From NCBI RefSeq assembly GCF_002854065.1, contig NZ_CP024147.1: a stretch of 64,000 nucleotides of DNA. One strand, written 5' to 3'. The translations under genes were made by a program, and so were the position numbers. The notes below the pieces were generated by a model that was not told where the DNA came from, ran no database searches, and saw only the letters and a list, made by a program, of their open reading frames with translations. Below, piece by piece: positions 34,925 to 49,842 of the stretch (positions are counted from its first letter, which is position 1; each line of letters starts with the position of its first letter). Origin of the DNA: Escherichia coli. Its GTDB lineage: Bacteria > Pseudomonadota > Gammaproteobacteria > Enterobacterales > Enterobacteriaceae.

Positions 34925-35057
34925 TGGTGCATCCGGGAGGATGACTCACTGGCGTTCGCCCTTCGGGCCGTTGCTAAAGCAACGTTATCCTTCCTGGTGC
35001 CTGCGGTTAATTCCGCTACCTCTTCGATATCTTCATTGCTGAAGATTTCGGAGAATA
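34925..35057 (-). repeat. Spacer element A beginning with a 17-nt tRNA-Arg 3'-end fragment (copy 1 of 2)
   Basis: tggtgcatccgggagga duplicates the tRNA-Arg 3' end, followed by ~115 bp containing palindrome cgttgctaaagcaacg; ~85% identical to element B. Confidence 0.7.
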
Positions 35058-35134
35058 TGGTGCATCCGGGAGGATTCGAACCTCCGACCGCTCGGTTCGT
35101 AGCCGAGTACTCTATCCAGCTGAGCTACGGATGC
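35058..35134 (-). tRNA. argQ: tRNA-Arg (anticodon ACG)
   Basis: Reverse complement gives GCATCCGTAGCTCAGCTGGATAGAGTACTCGGCTACGAACCGAGCGGTCGGAGGTTCGAATCCTCCCGGATGCACCA; gene name assigned by position in the array. Confidence 0.95.
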
Positions 35135-35236
35135 ATCGGGAAAATTTATTTTACTGCTGATATTGATATCGCTACTAAAGCCATATCAAATAAGAAAATC
35201 CATCTTAACCATCATCACTGATGATTACGGAGAATA

Positions 35237-35313
35237 TGGTGCATCCGGGAGGATTCGAACCTCCGACCGCTCGGTTCGTAGCCGAGTACTCTATCCAGCT
35301 GAGCTACGGATGC
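35237..35313 (-). tRNA. argZ: tRNA-Arg (anticodon ACG)
   Basis: Identical 77-nt tRNA-Arg copy. Confidence 0.95.
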
Positions 35314-35375
35314 ATCGGGAAATTTATTTTACTGCTGATATTGATACCGCTACTAAAGCCATATCAAGTAAGAGA

Positions 35376-35452
35376 TGGTGCATCCGGGAGGATTCGAACC
35401 TCCGACCGCTCGGTTCGTAGCCGAGTACTCTATCCAGCTGAGCTACGGATGC
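35376..35452 (-). tRNA. argY: tRNA-Arg (anticodon ACG)
   Basis: Identical 77-nt tRNA-Arg copy. Confidence 0.95.
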
Positions 35453-35516
35453 ATCGGGAAACTTACTTTACTGCAGATTTTTTGATACCGCTACTAAAGC
35501 CGTATCAAGTAAGAGA

Positions 35517-35651
35517 TGGTGCATCCGGGAGGATTACTCGCCTTGCGGCTCGCCCTTCGGGCCGTTGCTAAAGCAACGTTATCCTCCCTGGTGCCTGCGG
35601 TTAGTACCGCCACCTCTTCCATACCTTCATCGCTGAAGGTTACGGAGAATA
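35517..35651 (-). repeat. Spacer element B beginning with a tRNA-Arg 3'-end fragment (copy 2 of 2)
   Basis: tggtgcatccgggaggatt then a diverged copy of element A with the same internal palindromes. Confidence 0.7.
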
Positions 35652-35728
35652 TGGTGCATCCGGGAGGATTCGAACCTCCGACCGCTCGGTTCGTAGCCGA
35701 GTACTCTATCCAGCTGAGCTACGGATGC
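35652..35728 (-). tRNA. argV: tRNA-Arg (anticodon ACG)
   Basis: Identical 77-nt tRNA-Arg copy. Confidence 0.95.
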
Positions 35729-35731
35729 AAA

Positions 35732-35824
35732 TGGCGGTGAGGCGGGGATTCGAACCCCGGATGCAGCTTTTGACCGCATACTCCCTTAGCAGGGGAGCGC
35801 CTTCAGCCTCTCGGCCACCTCACC
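35732..35824 (-). tRNA. serV: tRNA-Ser (anticodon GCU), long variable arm
   Basis: Reverse complement gives GGTGAGGTGGCCGAGAGGCTGAAGGCGCTCCCCTGCTAAGGGAGTATGCGGTCAAAAGCTGCATCCGGGGTTCGAATCCCCGCCTCACCGCCA. Confidence 0.95.
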
Positions 35825-36107
35825 ACACGCCTCTTACGAGTGCTTCGAAGAACTTGTTTATCGCTCATCGTCGCTGCGTGGCGCACATATTACTTTCTGA
35901 GACTTATAAGTCAAACAATTTTTCCCACACTTTTATCGTTTGCACACTTCACGCTCAATTAGTCTGTAAAAACGTCAAAAAGAGTGTTTTATCAACAGAA
36001 AAAACGGAAGTCTGACAGATAGCAGTAATGTAAAAAAATGGAGACTTAAGTTGAATGAACGGGAGTAAAGCGAAAAGACTATAGAGTGAAGGAGAAATTT
36101 TGAGGGT

Positions 36108-36133
36108 GCGTCTCACCGATAAAGATGAGACGC
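36108..36133 (-). terminator. Hairpin downstream of csrA
   Basis: gcgtctca-loop-tgagacgc inverted repeat 8 nt after the csrA stop. Confidence 0.45.
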
Positions 36134-36140
36134 GGAAAGA

Positions 36141-36326
36141 TTAGTAACTGGACTGCTGGGATTTTTCAGCCTGGATACGCTGGTAGATCTCTTCACGGTG
36201 AACAGAAACTTCCTTCGGGGCATTTACGCCAATACGTACCTGGTTGCCCTTTACCCCTAAAACTGTCACGGTGACCTCATCCCCAATCATGAGGGTCTCA
36301 CCAACTCGACGAGTCAGAATCAGCAT
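36141..36326 (-). CDS. csrA: Carbon storage regulator, RNA-binding protein CsrA
   Basis: 61-aa [51 protein letters not shown]... Confidence 0.97.
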
Positions 36327-36560
36327 TCTTTGCTCCTTGAAAGATTAAAAGAGTCGGGTCTCTCTGTATCCCGGCATTATCCATCATATAACGCCAAAAA
36401 GTAAGCAATGACAAACACATTACATCTAAGCAGTCATGGCATTACATTCTGTTAAACCTAAGTTTAGCCGATATACACAACTTCAACCTGACTTTATCGT
36501 TGTCGATAGCGTTAATGCGAATGCCGTGAAGCGAGTCCACGGCATTGCCTGACGCTTATA

Positions 36561-39191
36561 TTATTGCAATTTCGCGCTGACCCAGCCTTTCACACTGGCT
36601 AACGCTGCAGGTAAGGCCGCAGCATCCGTACCACCGGCTTGCGCCATGTCAGGACGTCCACCCCCCTTGCCGCCCACCTGCTGAGCGACCATACCAATCA
36701 GTTCCCCTGCTTTCACACGATCTGTGACGTCCTTAGATACGCCTGCAATCAGAGAAACCTTACCTTCGGCTACCGTTGCCAGCACGATAATTGTCGACCC
36801 CAGCTGATTTTTTAAATCGTCAACCATGGTACGCAACATTTTCGGCTCAACACCGCTAAGCTCGCTAACCAACAGCTTAACACCATTAACATCAATTGCC
36901 TTACTGGAAAGATTTGCGCTCTCCTGTGCGGCAGCTTGTTCTTTAAGCTGTTGTAGTTCTTTTTCTAACTGACGCGTACGTTCCAGTACTGAGCGCACTT
37001 TATCAGCCAGATTATTGCTATCGCCTTTCAGCAGATGCGCGACTTCGCTTAAGCGATCGCTGTCTGCATGAACGGTGGCGATAGCGCCTTCTCCGGTTAC
37101 CGCTTCGATACGACGAACGCCTGCAGCAGTACCCGATTCAGAGATGATGCGGAACAGACCAATATCACCAGTGCGGCTGGCGTGAGTACCGCCACACAGC
37201 TCGGTGGAGAAATCGCCCATGCTCAGCACGCGTACGCGCTCATCATACTTCTCGCCGAACAGCGCCATCGCACCTTTCGCTTTCGCCGCTTCGAGATCCA
37301 TGATGTTGGTTTCGATCGGCAAATTGCGACGAATCTGTGCGTTCACCAGGTCTTCGACCGCACGAATCTCTTCTGGTTTCATCGCTTCGTTGTGTGAGAA
37401 GTCGAAGCGCAGCACCTTGTCGTTAACCAGTGAACCTTTCTGCGATACATGAGTACCCAGAACCTGGCGCAGCGCAGCGTGCATCAGGTGCGTTGCGGAG
37501 TGATTCAGACGAATACGGGCGCGACGAGCCTCATCAACATCAGCCTGCACCGCGTCGCCCACTTTCAGAGAACCCGCAGCAAGTTTACCGATGTGACCAA
37601 TCGCCTGGCCGTATTTCTGCGTATCTTCCACCGCAAAGGAGAAGTTAGCGCCTTTCAGTTCGCCTTTATCGCCAACCTGACCGCCGGATTCCGCATAGAA
37701 TGGCGTTTGATCCAGCACGACCACAGCTTCCTGGCCTGCATTGATGGCATCAACCGCTTTACCATCAACAAACAGCGCAGTCACTTTGCCGTTCAGTTCC
37801 AGATGGTCATAACCTTTAAATTCAGATGCACTGTCAACACGGATCATTGCGTTGTAATCGGCACCAAAGCCGCTGGCTTCGCGCGCGCGACGACGCTGCT
37901 CTTCCATTGCAGCTTCAAAACCAGCTTCGTCAACTTTGATGTTGCGCTCACGACAAACATCAGCCGTCAGGTCAACCGGGAAGCCATAGGTGTCGTACAG
38001 ACGGAAAGCAGTTTCACCATCCAGCGTATCACCAGAAAGTTTTGCCAGCTCTTCATCCAGCAACGCCAGACCGCGCTCCAGAGTACGAGCAAACTGCTCT
38101 TCTTCAGTCTTCAGCACCTGCTCAACCTGCGCCTGCTGGCGTTTCAGGTCTTCACCCGCAGAGCCCATAACGTCGATCAGCGGACCAACCAGTTTGTAGA
38201 AGAAGGTTTCTTTCGCGCCGAGCATATTACCGTGACGCACTGCGCGACGAATGATACGACGCAGTACATAACCACGGTTTTCATTGGACGGCATTACGCC
38301 ATCCGCGATCAGGAACGCACAAGAACGAATGTGGTCAGCGATTACGCGCAGCGATTTATTGCTCAGATCGGTTGCGCCAGTAACTTTCGCTACCGCCTGG
38401 ATCAACGTGCGGAACAGGTCGATGTCATAGTTAGAGTTAACGTGTTGCAGCACCGCAGCAATACGCTCCAGACCCATACCGGTATCTACAGACGGCTTCG
38501 GCAGCGGTTCCATCGTGCCATCGGCCTGGCGGTTGAACTGCATGAAGACGATGTTCCAGATCTCAATGTAGCGGTCGCCGTCTTCTTCCGGACTTCCCGG
38601 AGGGCCACCCCAAATGTGGTCGCCGTGATCGTAGAAGATTTCGGTGCACGGGCCGCACGGACCAGTGTCACCCATCTGCCAGAAGTTGTCAGATGCGTAT
38701 GGCGCACCTTTGTTATCGCCGATGCGAATAATACGTTCGCGCGGGATCCCGACTTCTTTTTCCCAGATTTCGTAGGCTTCGTCGTCGCTTTCATAGACGG
38801 TAACCCACAGACGCTCTTTCGGCAGGGCAAACCATTTTTCGCTGGTCAGCAGTTCCCATGCAAACTGAATGGCATCGTGTTTGAAATAGTCGCCGAAGCT
38901 GAAGTTGCCCAGCATTTCGAAGAAGGTATGGTGACGCGCGGTGTAACCGACGTTTTCCAGGTCGTTGTGTTTACCACCCGCACGCACGCAGCGTTGGGAA
39001 GTGGTAGCGCGGGAATAATTACGCTTGTCGAGCCCAAGGAACACATCCTTGAACTGGTTCATCCCGGCGTTGGTAAACAACAAAGTTGGGTCGTTATGGG
39101 GTACCAGGGAGCTGCTGGCAACTACCTGATGTCCCTTACTATGGAAAAAGTCGAGAAACGCCTGACGGATCTCAGCGGTGCTCTTGCTCAT
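36561..39191 (-). CDS. alaS: Alanine--tRNA ligase
   Basis: 876-aa [34 protein letters not shown]... Confidence 0.97.
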   Translation of the reverse strand: MSKSTAEIRQAFLDFFHSKGHQVVASSSLVPHNDPTLLFTNAGMNQFKDVFLGLDKRNYSRATTSQRCVRAGGKHNDLENVGYTARHHTFFEMLGNFSFGDYFKHDAIQFAWELLTSEKWFALPKERLWVTVYESDDEAYEIWEKEVGIPRERIIRIGDNKGAPYASDNFWQMGDTGPCGPCTEIFYDHGDHIWGGPPGSPEEDGDRYIEIWNIVFMQFNRQADGTMEPLPKPSVDTGMGLERIAAVLQHVNSNYDIDLFRTLIQAVAKVTGATDLSNKSLRVIADHIRSCAFLIADGVMPSNENRGYVLRRIIRRAVRHGNMLGAKETFFYKLVGPLIDVMGSAGEDLKRQQAQVEQVLKTEEEQFARTLERGLALLDEELAKLSGDTLDGETAFRLYDTYGFPVDLTADVCRERNIKVDEAGFEAAMEEQRRRAREASGFGADYNAMIRVDSASEFKGYDHLELNGKVTALFVDGKAVDAINAGQEAVVVLDQTPFYAESGGQVGDKGELKGANFSFAVEDTQKYGQAIGHIGKLAAGSLKVGDAVQADVDEARRARIRLNHSATHLMHAALRQVLGTHVSQKGSLVNDKVLRFDFSHNEAMKPEEIRAVEDLVNAQIRRNLPIETNIMDLEAAKAKGAMALFGEKYDERVRVLSMGDFSTELCGGTHASRTGDIGLFRIISESGTAAGVRRIEAVTGEGAIATVHADSDRLSEVAHLLKGDSNNLADKVRSVLERTRQLEKELQQLKEQAAAQESANLSSKAIDVNGVKLLVSELSGVEPKMLRTMVDDLKNQLGSTIIVLATVAEGKVSLIAGVSKDVTDRVKAGELIGMVAQQVGGKGGGRPDMAQAGGTDAAALPAALASVKGWVSAKLQ

Positions 39192-39318
39192 AATTATCCT
39201 GAAATCAAGCTAACGAAATATCGCCACCAGCTCCAGCGTGTCTTAACCGCCGGGCTGGTAACTGAAAAGTGGGAATAAGATAAGTTTTCTTGACTGGGAA
39301 GTAAAATACCGTATGCGT

Positions 39319-39819
39319 TCAGTCGGCAAAATTTCGCCAAATATCCTGGATATCTTCCATCAGATAGCCACGATAGAGCAGAAAACGCTGGATCTTAACT
39401 TTTTCTGAAAAGACAGTTGGCAAAGGTTCACCATATTTTCGCGTCGCCTGATCGCGCGCCAGTGCGCACCAGTCGATGTCACATTCACGCATCGCTTTTT
39501 CTGTCGCTTCGCGGGAAATACCTTTCTGATTCAGTTCCTGGCGAATACGCGCAGGTCCATAACCTTTGCGGCTACGGCTGGCGATAAAGCGCGCAACAAA
39601 TCGGCTGTCATCGAGATAGCCATGTTCATGGCACCAGGCAATAACGCGCTCGTAATCTTCTGCCGTAGCATCAATCTCTTCTGGGCCATTTTTGCCCATA
39701 ATCGGTGCCGCGAGTTTACGTCGCAGTTCTTGCTCACTGTGATCGCGCACCGCCAGAATGCGTACCGCACGATCCAACAGGCGAGCATATGCCGGGCGAC
39801 GGGACGTTGATTCTGTCAT
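39319..39819 (-). CDS. recX: RecA regulator RecX
   Basis: 166-aa [39 protein letters not shown]... Confidence 0.95.
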   Translation of the reverse strand: MTESTSRRPAYARLLDRAVRILAVRDHSEQELRRKLAAPIMGKNGPEEIDATAEDYERVIAWCHEHGYLDDSRFVARFIASRSRKGYGPARIRQELNQKGISREATEKAMRECDIDWCALARDQATRKYGEPLPTVFSEKVKIQRFLLYRGYLMEDIQDIWRNFAD

Positions 39820-39980
39820 GGCATATCCTTACAACTTAAAAAAGCAAAAGGGCCGCAGATGCGACCCAAGTTTTGCTGATAAACAGATTTAATAGTCAAT
39901 GAGTGTGCAGAATGTTCCCGCAGGCCCAATTCGTTAGAGGATCGAGGTGAGAGTAATTTTTCACGCCAGTGCTGGCCTGT

Positions 39981-40030
39981 ACCCCTCCCCCTCCCCCTCA
40001 CCCTAACCCTCTCCCCAAAGGGGCGAGGGG
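39981..40030 (-). repeat. G-tract-rich structured element in recA-recX spacer (G-rich on the transcribed strand)
   Basis: Plus strand cccctccccctccccctcaccctaaccctctcccc followed by partner aaaggggcgagggga; mRNA sense carries six or more G3-G5 runs. Confidence 0.6.
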
Positions 40031-40073
40031 ACCGTCCGTGCACACATTATCTATTATCATCAATAACGAACGA

Positions 40074-41214
<1,141 letters not shown>

Positions 41215-41712
41215 TCAAGTGTTTTGTAGAAATTGTTGCCACAAGGTCTGCAATGCATACGCAGTAGCCTGACGACGCACCGCATCACGGTCGCCGCTGA
41301 AGCATTCCCTCCGGGTAATGCCTTCACCGCGGGCAGTGGCAAAAGCAAACCAGACGGTGCCGACAGGCTTCTCTTCACTGCCGCCATCCGGCCCGGCGAT
41401 ACCACTAATAGACACGGCATAATCAGCACGAGCCGCTTTCAGTGCACCTATCGCCATTTCCACCACGACGGGTTCGCTCACCGCGCCATGCTGCGCCAGC
41501 GTCTCTTCGCGTACGCCGATCATTTGCGCTTTGGCTTCGTTACTGTAGGTGACAAATCCGCGTTCAAACCAGGCGGAACTGCCGGCAATATCGGTAATCA
41601 CTTTCGCTACCCAACCGCCGGTACAAGACTCAGCAGTTGTTACGGTTGCGCCACGGGCTTTCAGCGCCTGCCCAACCTGTTCGCTTAACTGCATCAGTTC
41701 ACTGTCAGTCAT
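41215..41712 (-). CDS. pncC: NMN amidohydrolase PncC (YgaD, CinA-like)
   Basis: Sequence MTDSELMQLSEQVGQALKARGAT... Confidence 0.94.
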   Translation of the reverse strand: MTDSELMQLSEQVGQALKARGATVTTAESCTGGWVAKVITDIAGSSAWFERGFVTYSNEAKAQMIGVREETLAQHGAVSEPVVVEMAIGALKAARADYAVSISGIAGPDGGSEEKPVGTVWFAFATARGEGITRRECFSGDRDAVRRQATAYALQTLWQQFLQNT

Positions 41713-41856
41713 CACAACCTCTGTCAGTCAAAAATTTATGCCGGACAAGATAGCACTTTCGTCAGGAAGATGGTGTTGGCGTTGCAATTTTACGAGGAGG
41801 ATTCAGAAAAAAGCTGATTAGCCAGAGGGAAGCTCACGCCCCCCTCTTGCAAATAG

Positions 41857-42942
41857 TTACTGCACGCGCGCCAGCGCCACGGCTTGTCCTAACTGCCAGA
41901 CCGCCATTGCGTAATGGGTGCTGTGGTTATAACGGGTAATGGTGTAGAAGTTCGGCAGACCGTACCAGTACTGGTAACCGGTACCGACATCCAGACGCAG
42001 CAGGCTGGCTTGTTGATGGTTGCCCAGCGGCTGCTGTGGCGTTAAACCTGCCGCGGCAAGCTGCGAAATGCTGTACCTGGTTTTGAAGCCATTTGGCAAG
42101 CCTGGAGCCTGACCGTTTGCCATTACCGCGACCTGATCGCCTTTCACCCAGCCGTGCGCTTTGAAATAGTTCGCCACGCTACCGATCGCATCAACCGGAT
42201 CCCACAGGTTGATATGCCCGTCGCCGCTGAAATCCACTGCATATTGTTTGTAAGACGACGGCATAAACTGTCCGTAGCCCATCGCCCCGGCAAAGGAACC
42301 TTTCAGATTGAGCGGATCGTCCTGCTCGTCGCGCGCCATCAGCAGGAAGGTTTCCAGCTCGCCAGAGAAATACTCCGCGCGGCGTGGGTAGTTAAATGAC
42401 AGCGTTGCCAGCGCATCGAGGATGCGAGTTTTCCCCATCACGCGCCCCCAGCGGGTTTCAACGCCGATAATCCCGACGATAATTTCCGGCGGTACGCCAT
42501 ACACCTGCCATGCGCGATTCAACGCATCTTCATACTGATTCCAGAAAACCACACCGTTCTGCACATTGTCCGGCGTAATAAATTTTTTGCGATAACGCAG
42601 CCATGCGCCGTTCGGACCTGATGGCGGTTTCACCGATGTGGTTGGTGCCTGGTTATCCATCAGCCGCAGTACCGAATCCAGACGTTTCGCCTGGGAGAGA
42701 ATTTCCTGCAACTGCTGACGATCGAAACCGTGTTTGTTCACCATTCTGTCGATGAACTGCTGGGCATTCGGGTTATTAGCGAAATCGCCGCCCATCTGCA
42801 TCACATTGTGCTGCGGCTCAAGCAGGAAGCCGCCAGACGGCGTTCCGGTGGTCGTTTCAGTCTCAGTAGGTTTTGGCTTGCTGCTACAGGCGGCAAGCAA
42901 CACAAAAAGGGGAAGCAATGTTACATAACGACGCTTGAACAT
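41857..42942 (-). CDS. mltB: Membrane-bound lytic murein transglycosylase B
   Basis: Starts MFKRRYVTLLPLFVLLAACSSKP (lipoprotein signal, lipobox LAAC); ORF track start is an upstream extension. Confidence 0.95.
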   Translation of the reverse strand: MFKRRYVTLLPLFVLLAACSSKPKPTETETTTGTPSGGFLLEPQHNVMQMGGDFANNPNAQQFIDRMVNKHGFDRQQLQEILSQAKRLDSVLRLMDNQAPTTSVKPPSGPNGAWLRYRKKFITPDNVQNGVVFWNQYEDALNRAWQVYGVPPEIIVGIIGVETRWGRVMGKTRILDALATLSFNYPRRAEYFSGELETFLLMARDEQDDPLNLKGSFAGAMGYGQFMPSSYKQYAVDFSGDGHINLWDPVDAIGSVANYFKAHGWVKGDQVAVMANGQAPGLPNGFKTRYSISQLAAAGLTPQQPLGNHQQASLLRLDVGTGYQYWYGLPNFYTITRYNHSTHYAMAVWQLGQAVALARVQ

Positions 42943-43179
42943 GAGGGGTCCATTTAACAGATTCAACCAGGGGCAAGTATGGTAAAGCATCACGCCCCGC
43001 ACAAGGAAGCGGTAGTCACTGCCCGATACGGACTTTACATAACTCAACTCATTCTCCTCGCTATCCTTTTACTCAAACTTTCAAATTAAAATATTTATCT
43101 TTCATTTTGCGATCAAAATAACACTTTTAAATCTTTCAATCTGATTATATTAGGTTGCCGTTTGGTAATAAAACAATAA

Positions 43180-44717
<1,538 letters not shown>

Positions 44718-44727
44718 AGGCTGAAAC

Positions 44728-45882
<1,155 letters not shown>

Positions 45883-45889
45883 TCAACAG

Positions 45890-45912
45890 CGGAGATCCGT
45901 TAAGGATCTCCG
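45890..45912 (+). terminator. Hairpin after srlD
   Basis: cggagatcc-gttaa-ggatctccg perfect 9-bp stem; no clear U-tail. Confidence 0.45.
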
Positions 45913-45987
45913 TGAGACTAATAGAATGCCTGATGCGCTACGCTCATCAGGCATACAGGACTTCCGCCACTACATTAAGGAAAAGTT

Positions 45988-46347
45988 ATGGTATCCGCAC
46001 TCATCACTGTCGCCGTTATCGCCTGGTGTGCGCAACTGGCCTTAGGCGGCTGGCAAATTTCTCGTTTTAACCGTGCCTTCGACACACTATGCCAGCAAGG
46101 GCGGGTTGGCGTGGGCCGTTCCAGCGGGCGCTTTAAACCGCGGGTCGTGGTCGCCATCGCCCTGGACGATCAGCAGCGCATCGCCGACACCTTGTTTATG
46201 AAAGGACTGACCGTCTTCGCCCGACCGCAAAAAATTCCCGCAATTACCGGTATGCATGCGGGTGATTTACAGCCCGATGTGATCTTTCCCCATGATCCAC
46301 TATCACAGAATGCTCTATCATTGGCGCTTAAACTGAAACGTGGATAA
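45988..46347 (+). CDS. gutM: Glucitol operon activator GutM
   Basis: 119-aa ORF MVSALITVAVIAWCAQLALGGWQISRFNRAF... Confidence 0.94.
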   Translation: MVSALITVAVIAWCAQLALGGWQISRFNRAFDTLCQQGRVGVGRSSGRFKPRVVVAIALDDQQRIADTLFMKGLTVFARPQKIPAITGMHAGDLQPDVIFPHDPLSQNALSLALKLKRG

Positions 46348-46413
46348 TTTCGTTGTGAATGTTACTTGCTTGCGAAGTTATCATTTTGAAACCTAAATCA
46401 GGTAATCACGCCC

Positions 46414-47187
46414 ATGAAACCTCGTCAGCGTCAAGCCGCCATTCTGGAGTATCTGCAAAAGCAGGGTAAATGCTCGGTTGAAGAATTGGCGCAATACTTT
46501 GACACCACAGGCACAACCATTCGCAAAGATCTGGTCATTCTGGAACATGCCGGAACCGTCATTCGTACTTATGGCGGAGTGGTGTTGAATAAAGAGGAAG
46601 CCGATCCGCCTATCGATCATAAAACACTCATCAACACCCACAAGAAAGAGCTGATAGCAGAAGCTGCCGTTGGTTTTATTCATGATGGCGATTCGATCAT
46701 TCTTGATGCTGGCAGCACCGTTTTGCAGATGGTGCCTCTGCTCTCGCGCTTTAATAACATCACGGTGATGACCAACAGTCTGCATATCGTCAATGCGTTA
46801 TCTGAACTGGATAATGAACAAACTATCCTGATGCCAGGCGGAACGTTTCGTAAAAAATCGGCCTCATTTCACGGGCAGCTGGCAGAGAATGCCTTCGAGC
46901 ATTTCACCTTCGACAAATTATTCATGGGTACTGACGGCATCGATCTCAATGCGGGCGTAACCACCTTCAACGAGGTCTATACCGTCAGTAAGGCAATGTG
47001 CAATGCCGCGCGCGAAGTGATTTTGATGGCGGACTCATCAAAGTTTGGCCGTAAAAGCCCCAACGTAGTTTGCAGTCTTGAAAGCGTCGATAAGCTGATT
47101 ACCGACGCAGATATCGATCCGGCGTTTCGTCAGGCGCTGGAAGAGAAAGGGATCGATGTGATCATAACCGGAGAGAGCAATGAGTGA
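46414..47187 (+). CDS. srlR: DeoR-family glucitol operon repressor
   Basis: 257-aa [32 protein letters not shown]... Confidence 0.95.
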   Translation: MKPRQRQAAILEYLQKQGKCSVEELAQYFDTTGTTIRKDLVILEHAGTVIRTYGGVVLNKEEADPPIDHKTLINTHKKELIAEAAVGFIHDGDSIILDAGSTVLQMVPLLSRFNNITVMTNSLHIVNALSELDNEQTILMPGGTFRKKSASFHGQLAENAFEHFTFDKLFMGTDGIDLNAGVTTFNEVYTVSKAMCNAAREVILMADSSKFGRKSPNVVCSLESVDKLITDADIDPAFRQALEEKGIDVIITGESNE

Positions 47188-48145
47188 AGCACTACTGAAC
47201 GCGGGACGTCAGACGTTAATGCTGGAGTTGCAGGAAGCAAGCCGCTTACCGGAACGTCTGGGCGATGATTTTGTTCGCGCCGCCAATATCATCCTGCACT
47301 GCGAAGGCAAAGTGGTGATTTCGGGAATTGGCAAATCGGGCCACATTGGTAAGAAAATCGCCGCAACGCTTGCCAGTACTGGCACACCGGCTTTTTTTGT
47401 CCATCCGGCAGAAGCACTGCACGGCGATCTGGGGATGATCGAAAGCCGCGATGTGATGCTGTTTATTTCTTACTCCGGTGGCGCGAAGGAACTGGATCTG
47501 ATTATTCCGCGTCTGGAAGATAAATCTATCGCGCTGCTGGCGATGACCGGCAAACCGACGTCACCGCTGGGCCTGGCGGCGAAAGCGGTGCTGGATATCT
47601 CCGTAGAACGCGAAGCCTGCCCGATGCACCTTGCGCCGACCTCCAGCACCGTCAATACCCTGATGATGGGTGACGCGCTGGCGATGGCGGTCATGCAGGC
47701 GCGCGGATTTAATGAAGAAGATTTTGCCCGCTCCCACCCAGCCGGGGCACTGGGCGCTCGCTTGCTGAATAAAGTGCATCATCTGATGCGCCGTGATGAC
47801 GCTATCCCGCAGGTAGCGTTAACCGCCAGCGTGATGGATGCGATGCTGGAACTCAGCCGCACCGGTCTGGGGCTGGTGGCGGTATGTGACGCTCAACAAC
47901 AGGTACAAGGCGTCTTTACCGACGGCGATTTACGTCGCTGGCTGGTTGGCGGCGGCGCACTCACCACGCCAGTTAATGAAGCGATGACGACAGGCGGTAC
48001 CACATTACAGGCACAAAGCCGCGCCATCGACGCCAAAGAGATCCTGATGAAGCACAAAATCACTGCCGCACCGGTGGTAGATGAAAACGGCAAACTCGTC
48101 GGCGCAATTAACCTGCAGGATTTCTATCAGGCCGGGATTATTTAA
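47180..48145 (+). CDS. gutQ: D-arabinose 5-phosphate isomerase GutQ (SIS + CBS domains)
   Basis: 321-aa ORF; stop codon overlaps norR stop on the opposite strand. Confidence 0.95.
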   Translation: MSEALLNAGRQTLMLELQEASRLPERLGDDFVRAANIILHCEGKVVISGIGKSGHIGKKIAATLASTGTPAFFVHPAEALHGDLGMIESRDVMLFISYSGGAKELDLIIPRLEDKSIALLAMTGKPTSPLGLAAKAVLDISVEREACPMHLAPTSSTVNTLMMGDALAMAVMQARGFNEEDFARSHPAGALGARLLNKVHHLMRRDDAIPQVALTASVMDAMLELSRTGLGLVAVCDAQQQVQGVFTDGDLRRWLVGGGALTTPVNEAMTTGGTTLQAQSRAIDAKEILMKHKITAAPVVDENGKLVGAINLQDFYQAGII

Positions 48146-49656
48146 TCCTTCAATCCCAGACGTTTCGCCAGCCGATGCAGGTTGGCGACGTCGGTTTCCA
48201 GCATTCGCGCGCAGGCTGCCCAGTTGTGATGATTTTGTGCCAGTGCCTGACGAATAGTTTCACGCTGGAACGCTTCTGTCGCTTCACGCAGGTTTTGCTT
48301 AACAACGGGCACCGCCGCCGCTTCTGGCGGCGGTAACGTCACCTCAGGAAAAGCAAAATGTTGCGCCTCAAGAATCACTTCATCGCCGTTGCGGGTGGCT
48401 CTCGCCAGAACTACCGCCCGATGAATAGCATGTTCCAGTTCGCGCACGTTTCCCGGAAAACTGTAGTGTTGCAGTAAATTTCGCGCTCCGGCACTTAATA
48501 CCACGCGGGAGAGCCCCTGCCGCAAACGACACTGCTCGCAGAAATACCCCGCCAGCAGAATGACATCATCGCCCCGCTCACGCAGCGGCGGCACCGAAAG
48601 TGGAAACACGCTCAGGCGGTGGAACAAGTCAGCGCGAAATCGCCCTGCCAGCACCTCTTCGCGTAAGTCGCGGTTAGTCGCCGCCAGCACGCGCACATCG
48701 ACCCGCAAACTACGGTCATCGCCAACGCGCTGAATATCGCCATACTGCAACACCCTCAGCAGCTTGGCCTGCAATGCCAACGACAACTCGCCGATCTCAT
48801 CCAGAAACAGCGTGCCGTTATCCGCCATTTCAAACTTCCCACTGCGGTTACTGATAGCGCCAGTAAACGCTCCTTTCACATGCCCGAACAACTCACTTTC
48901 CGCCACACTTTCCGGCAGTGCGGCACAGTTGAGATAGACCAGCGGATTCACCGCCCGTGGCGAGGCCTCATGAATCGCTTTCGCCACCAGCTCCTTACCG
49001 GTTCCCGTCTCACCGCTGATCAGGACGTTGAGATCGGACGCCGCCACAATCTCAATCTCTTTTTTCAGTTGCGTCATGCCAGGGGACAAGCCAATCATCT
49101 GCGTCTGTTTCACCGCTTCAAATGGAGCGGCATCGCCCGGCAACATATTCTGGCTTTCCAGTTGCTCAATCAGCAACGCATTGCTTAACGCTCCCGCCGC
49201 CAGCGCGGCAATCAGGCGTAACTCTTCGTCGCTGAAAACATCGAACTGATCGGGCTGCATCCCGTCGAGCGTCAATGCGCCGATCAGGTTTTGCCCGGCA
49301 AACAGCGGCAGACCAACGCAGGCGTGAACCTTCAGACTCTCCTGCCCTGGAATCAAACCGTCATAGGGATCGGGCAATTCGCTGTCTGCGGGAAAGCGCA
49401 CCACATCACCCGCGCGGGCAATCGCTTCCAGCCGTGGATGACCTTCCAGCGCAAAGCGTCTACCGAGTACATCCTTCGCCAGCCCGTCGATGGCAAGCGG
49501 AATAAACTGCCGCGAGTCGTAACGTAGCAACGCAGACGCATCGCACTCCAGCACCTGACGCAGCGTGGTGATCAGGCGCTGAAAACGATCCTGATGACCA
49601 ATCCCACGCTGCAATTCGATGGCGATATTCGCCAGCACATCAACGGAAAAACTCAT
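48142..49656 (-). CDS. norR: Sigma-54-dependent NO-responsive activator NorR
   Basis: Sequence [28 protein letters not shown]... with AAA+ sigma-54 activator motifs ([14 protein letters not shown]); ORF track start is an upstream extension. Confidence 0.95.
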   Translation of the reverse strand: MSFSVDVLANIAIELQRGIGHQDRFQRLITTLRQVLECDASALLRYDSRQFIPLAIDGLAKDVLGRRFALEGHPRLEAIARAGDVVRFPADSELPDPYDGLIPGQESLKVHACVGLPLFAGQNLIGALTLDGMQPDQFDVFSDEELRLIAALAAGALSNALLIEQLESQNMLPGDAAPFEAVKQTQMIGLSPGMTQLKKEIEIVAASDLNVLISGETGTGKELVAKAIHEASPRAVNPLVYLNCAALPESVAESELFGHVKGAFTGAISNRSGKFEMADNGTLFLDEIGELSLALQAKLLRVLQYGDIQRVGDDRSLRVDVRVLAATNRDLREEVLAGRFRADLFHRLSVFPLSVPPLRERGDDVILLAGYFCEQCRLRQGLSRVVLSAGARNLLQHYSFPGNVRELEHAIHRAVVLARATRNGDEVILEAQHFAFPEVTLPPPEAAAVPVVKQNLREATEAFQRETIRQALAQNHHNWAACARMLETDVANLHRLAKRLGLKD

Positions 49657-49668
49657 CTTTGCCTCACT

Positions 49669-49724
49669 GTCAATTTGACTATAGATATTGTCATATCGAC
49701 CATTTGATTGATAGTCATTTTGAC
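49669..49724. promoter_or_regulatory. Three NorR enhancer sites (GT-N7-AC inverted repeats)
   Basis: gtcaatttgac (49669-49679), gtcatatcgac (49690-49700), gtcattttgac (49714-49724). Confidence 0.85.
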
Positions 49725-49779
49725 TACTCACTAATGAGCATAATTTTATTTATAGAGTAAAAACAATTAGATAAAAAAC

Positions 49780-49795
49780 TGGCACGCAATCTGCA
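49780..49795 (+). promoter_or_regulatory. Sigma-54 promoter of norVW (-24 GG / -12 GC)
   Basis: tggcacgcaatctgca matches TGGCAC-N5-TTGCA about 45 nt upstream of norV ATG. Confidence 0.85.
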
Positions 49796-49842
49796 ATTAG
49801 CAAGACATCTTTTTAGAACACGCTGAATAAATTGAGGTTGCT

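Noticed and set aside
37449-39278. 609-aa ORF on plus strand
   Set aside because: Entirely antisense to alaS, whose protein is recognised; no family features. Long antisense frames are common in GC-rich, codon-biased genes.
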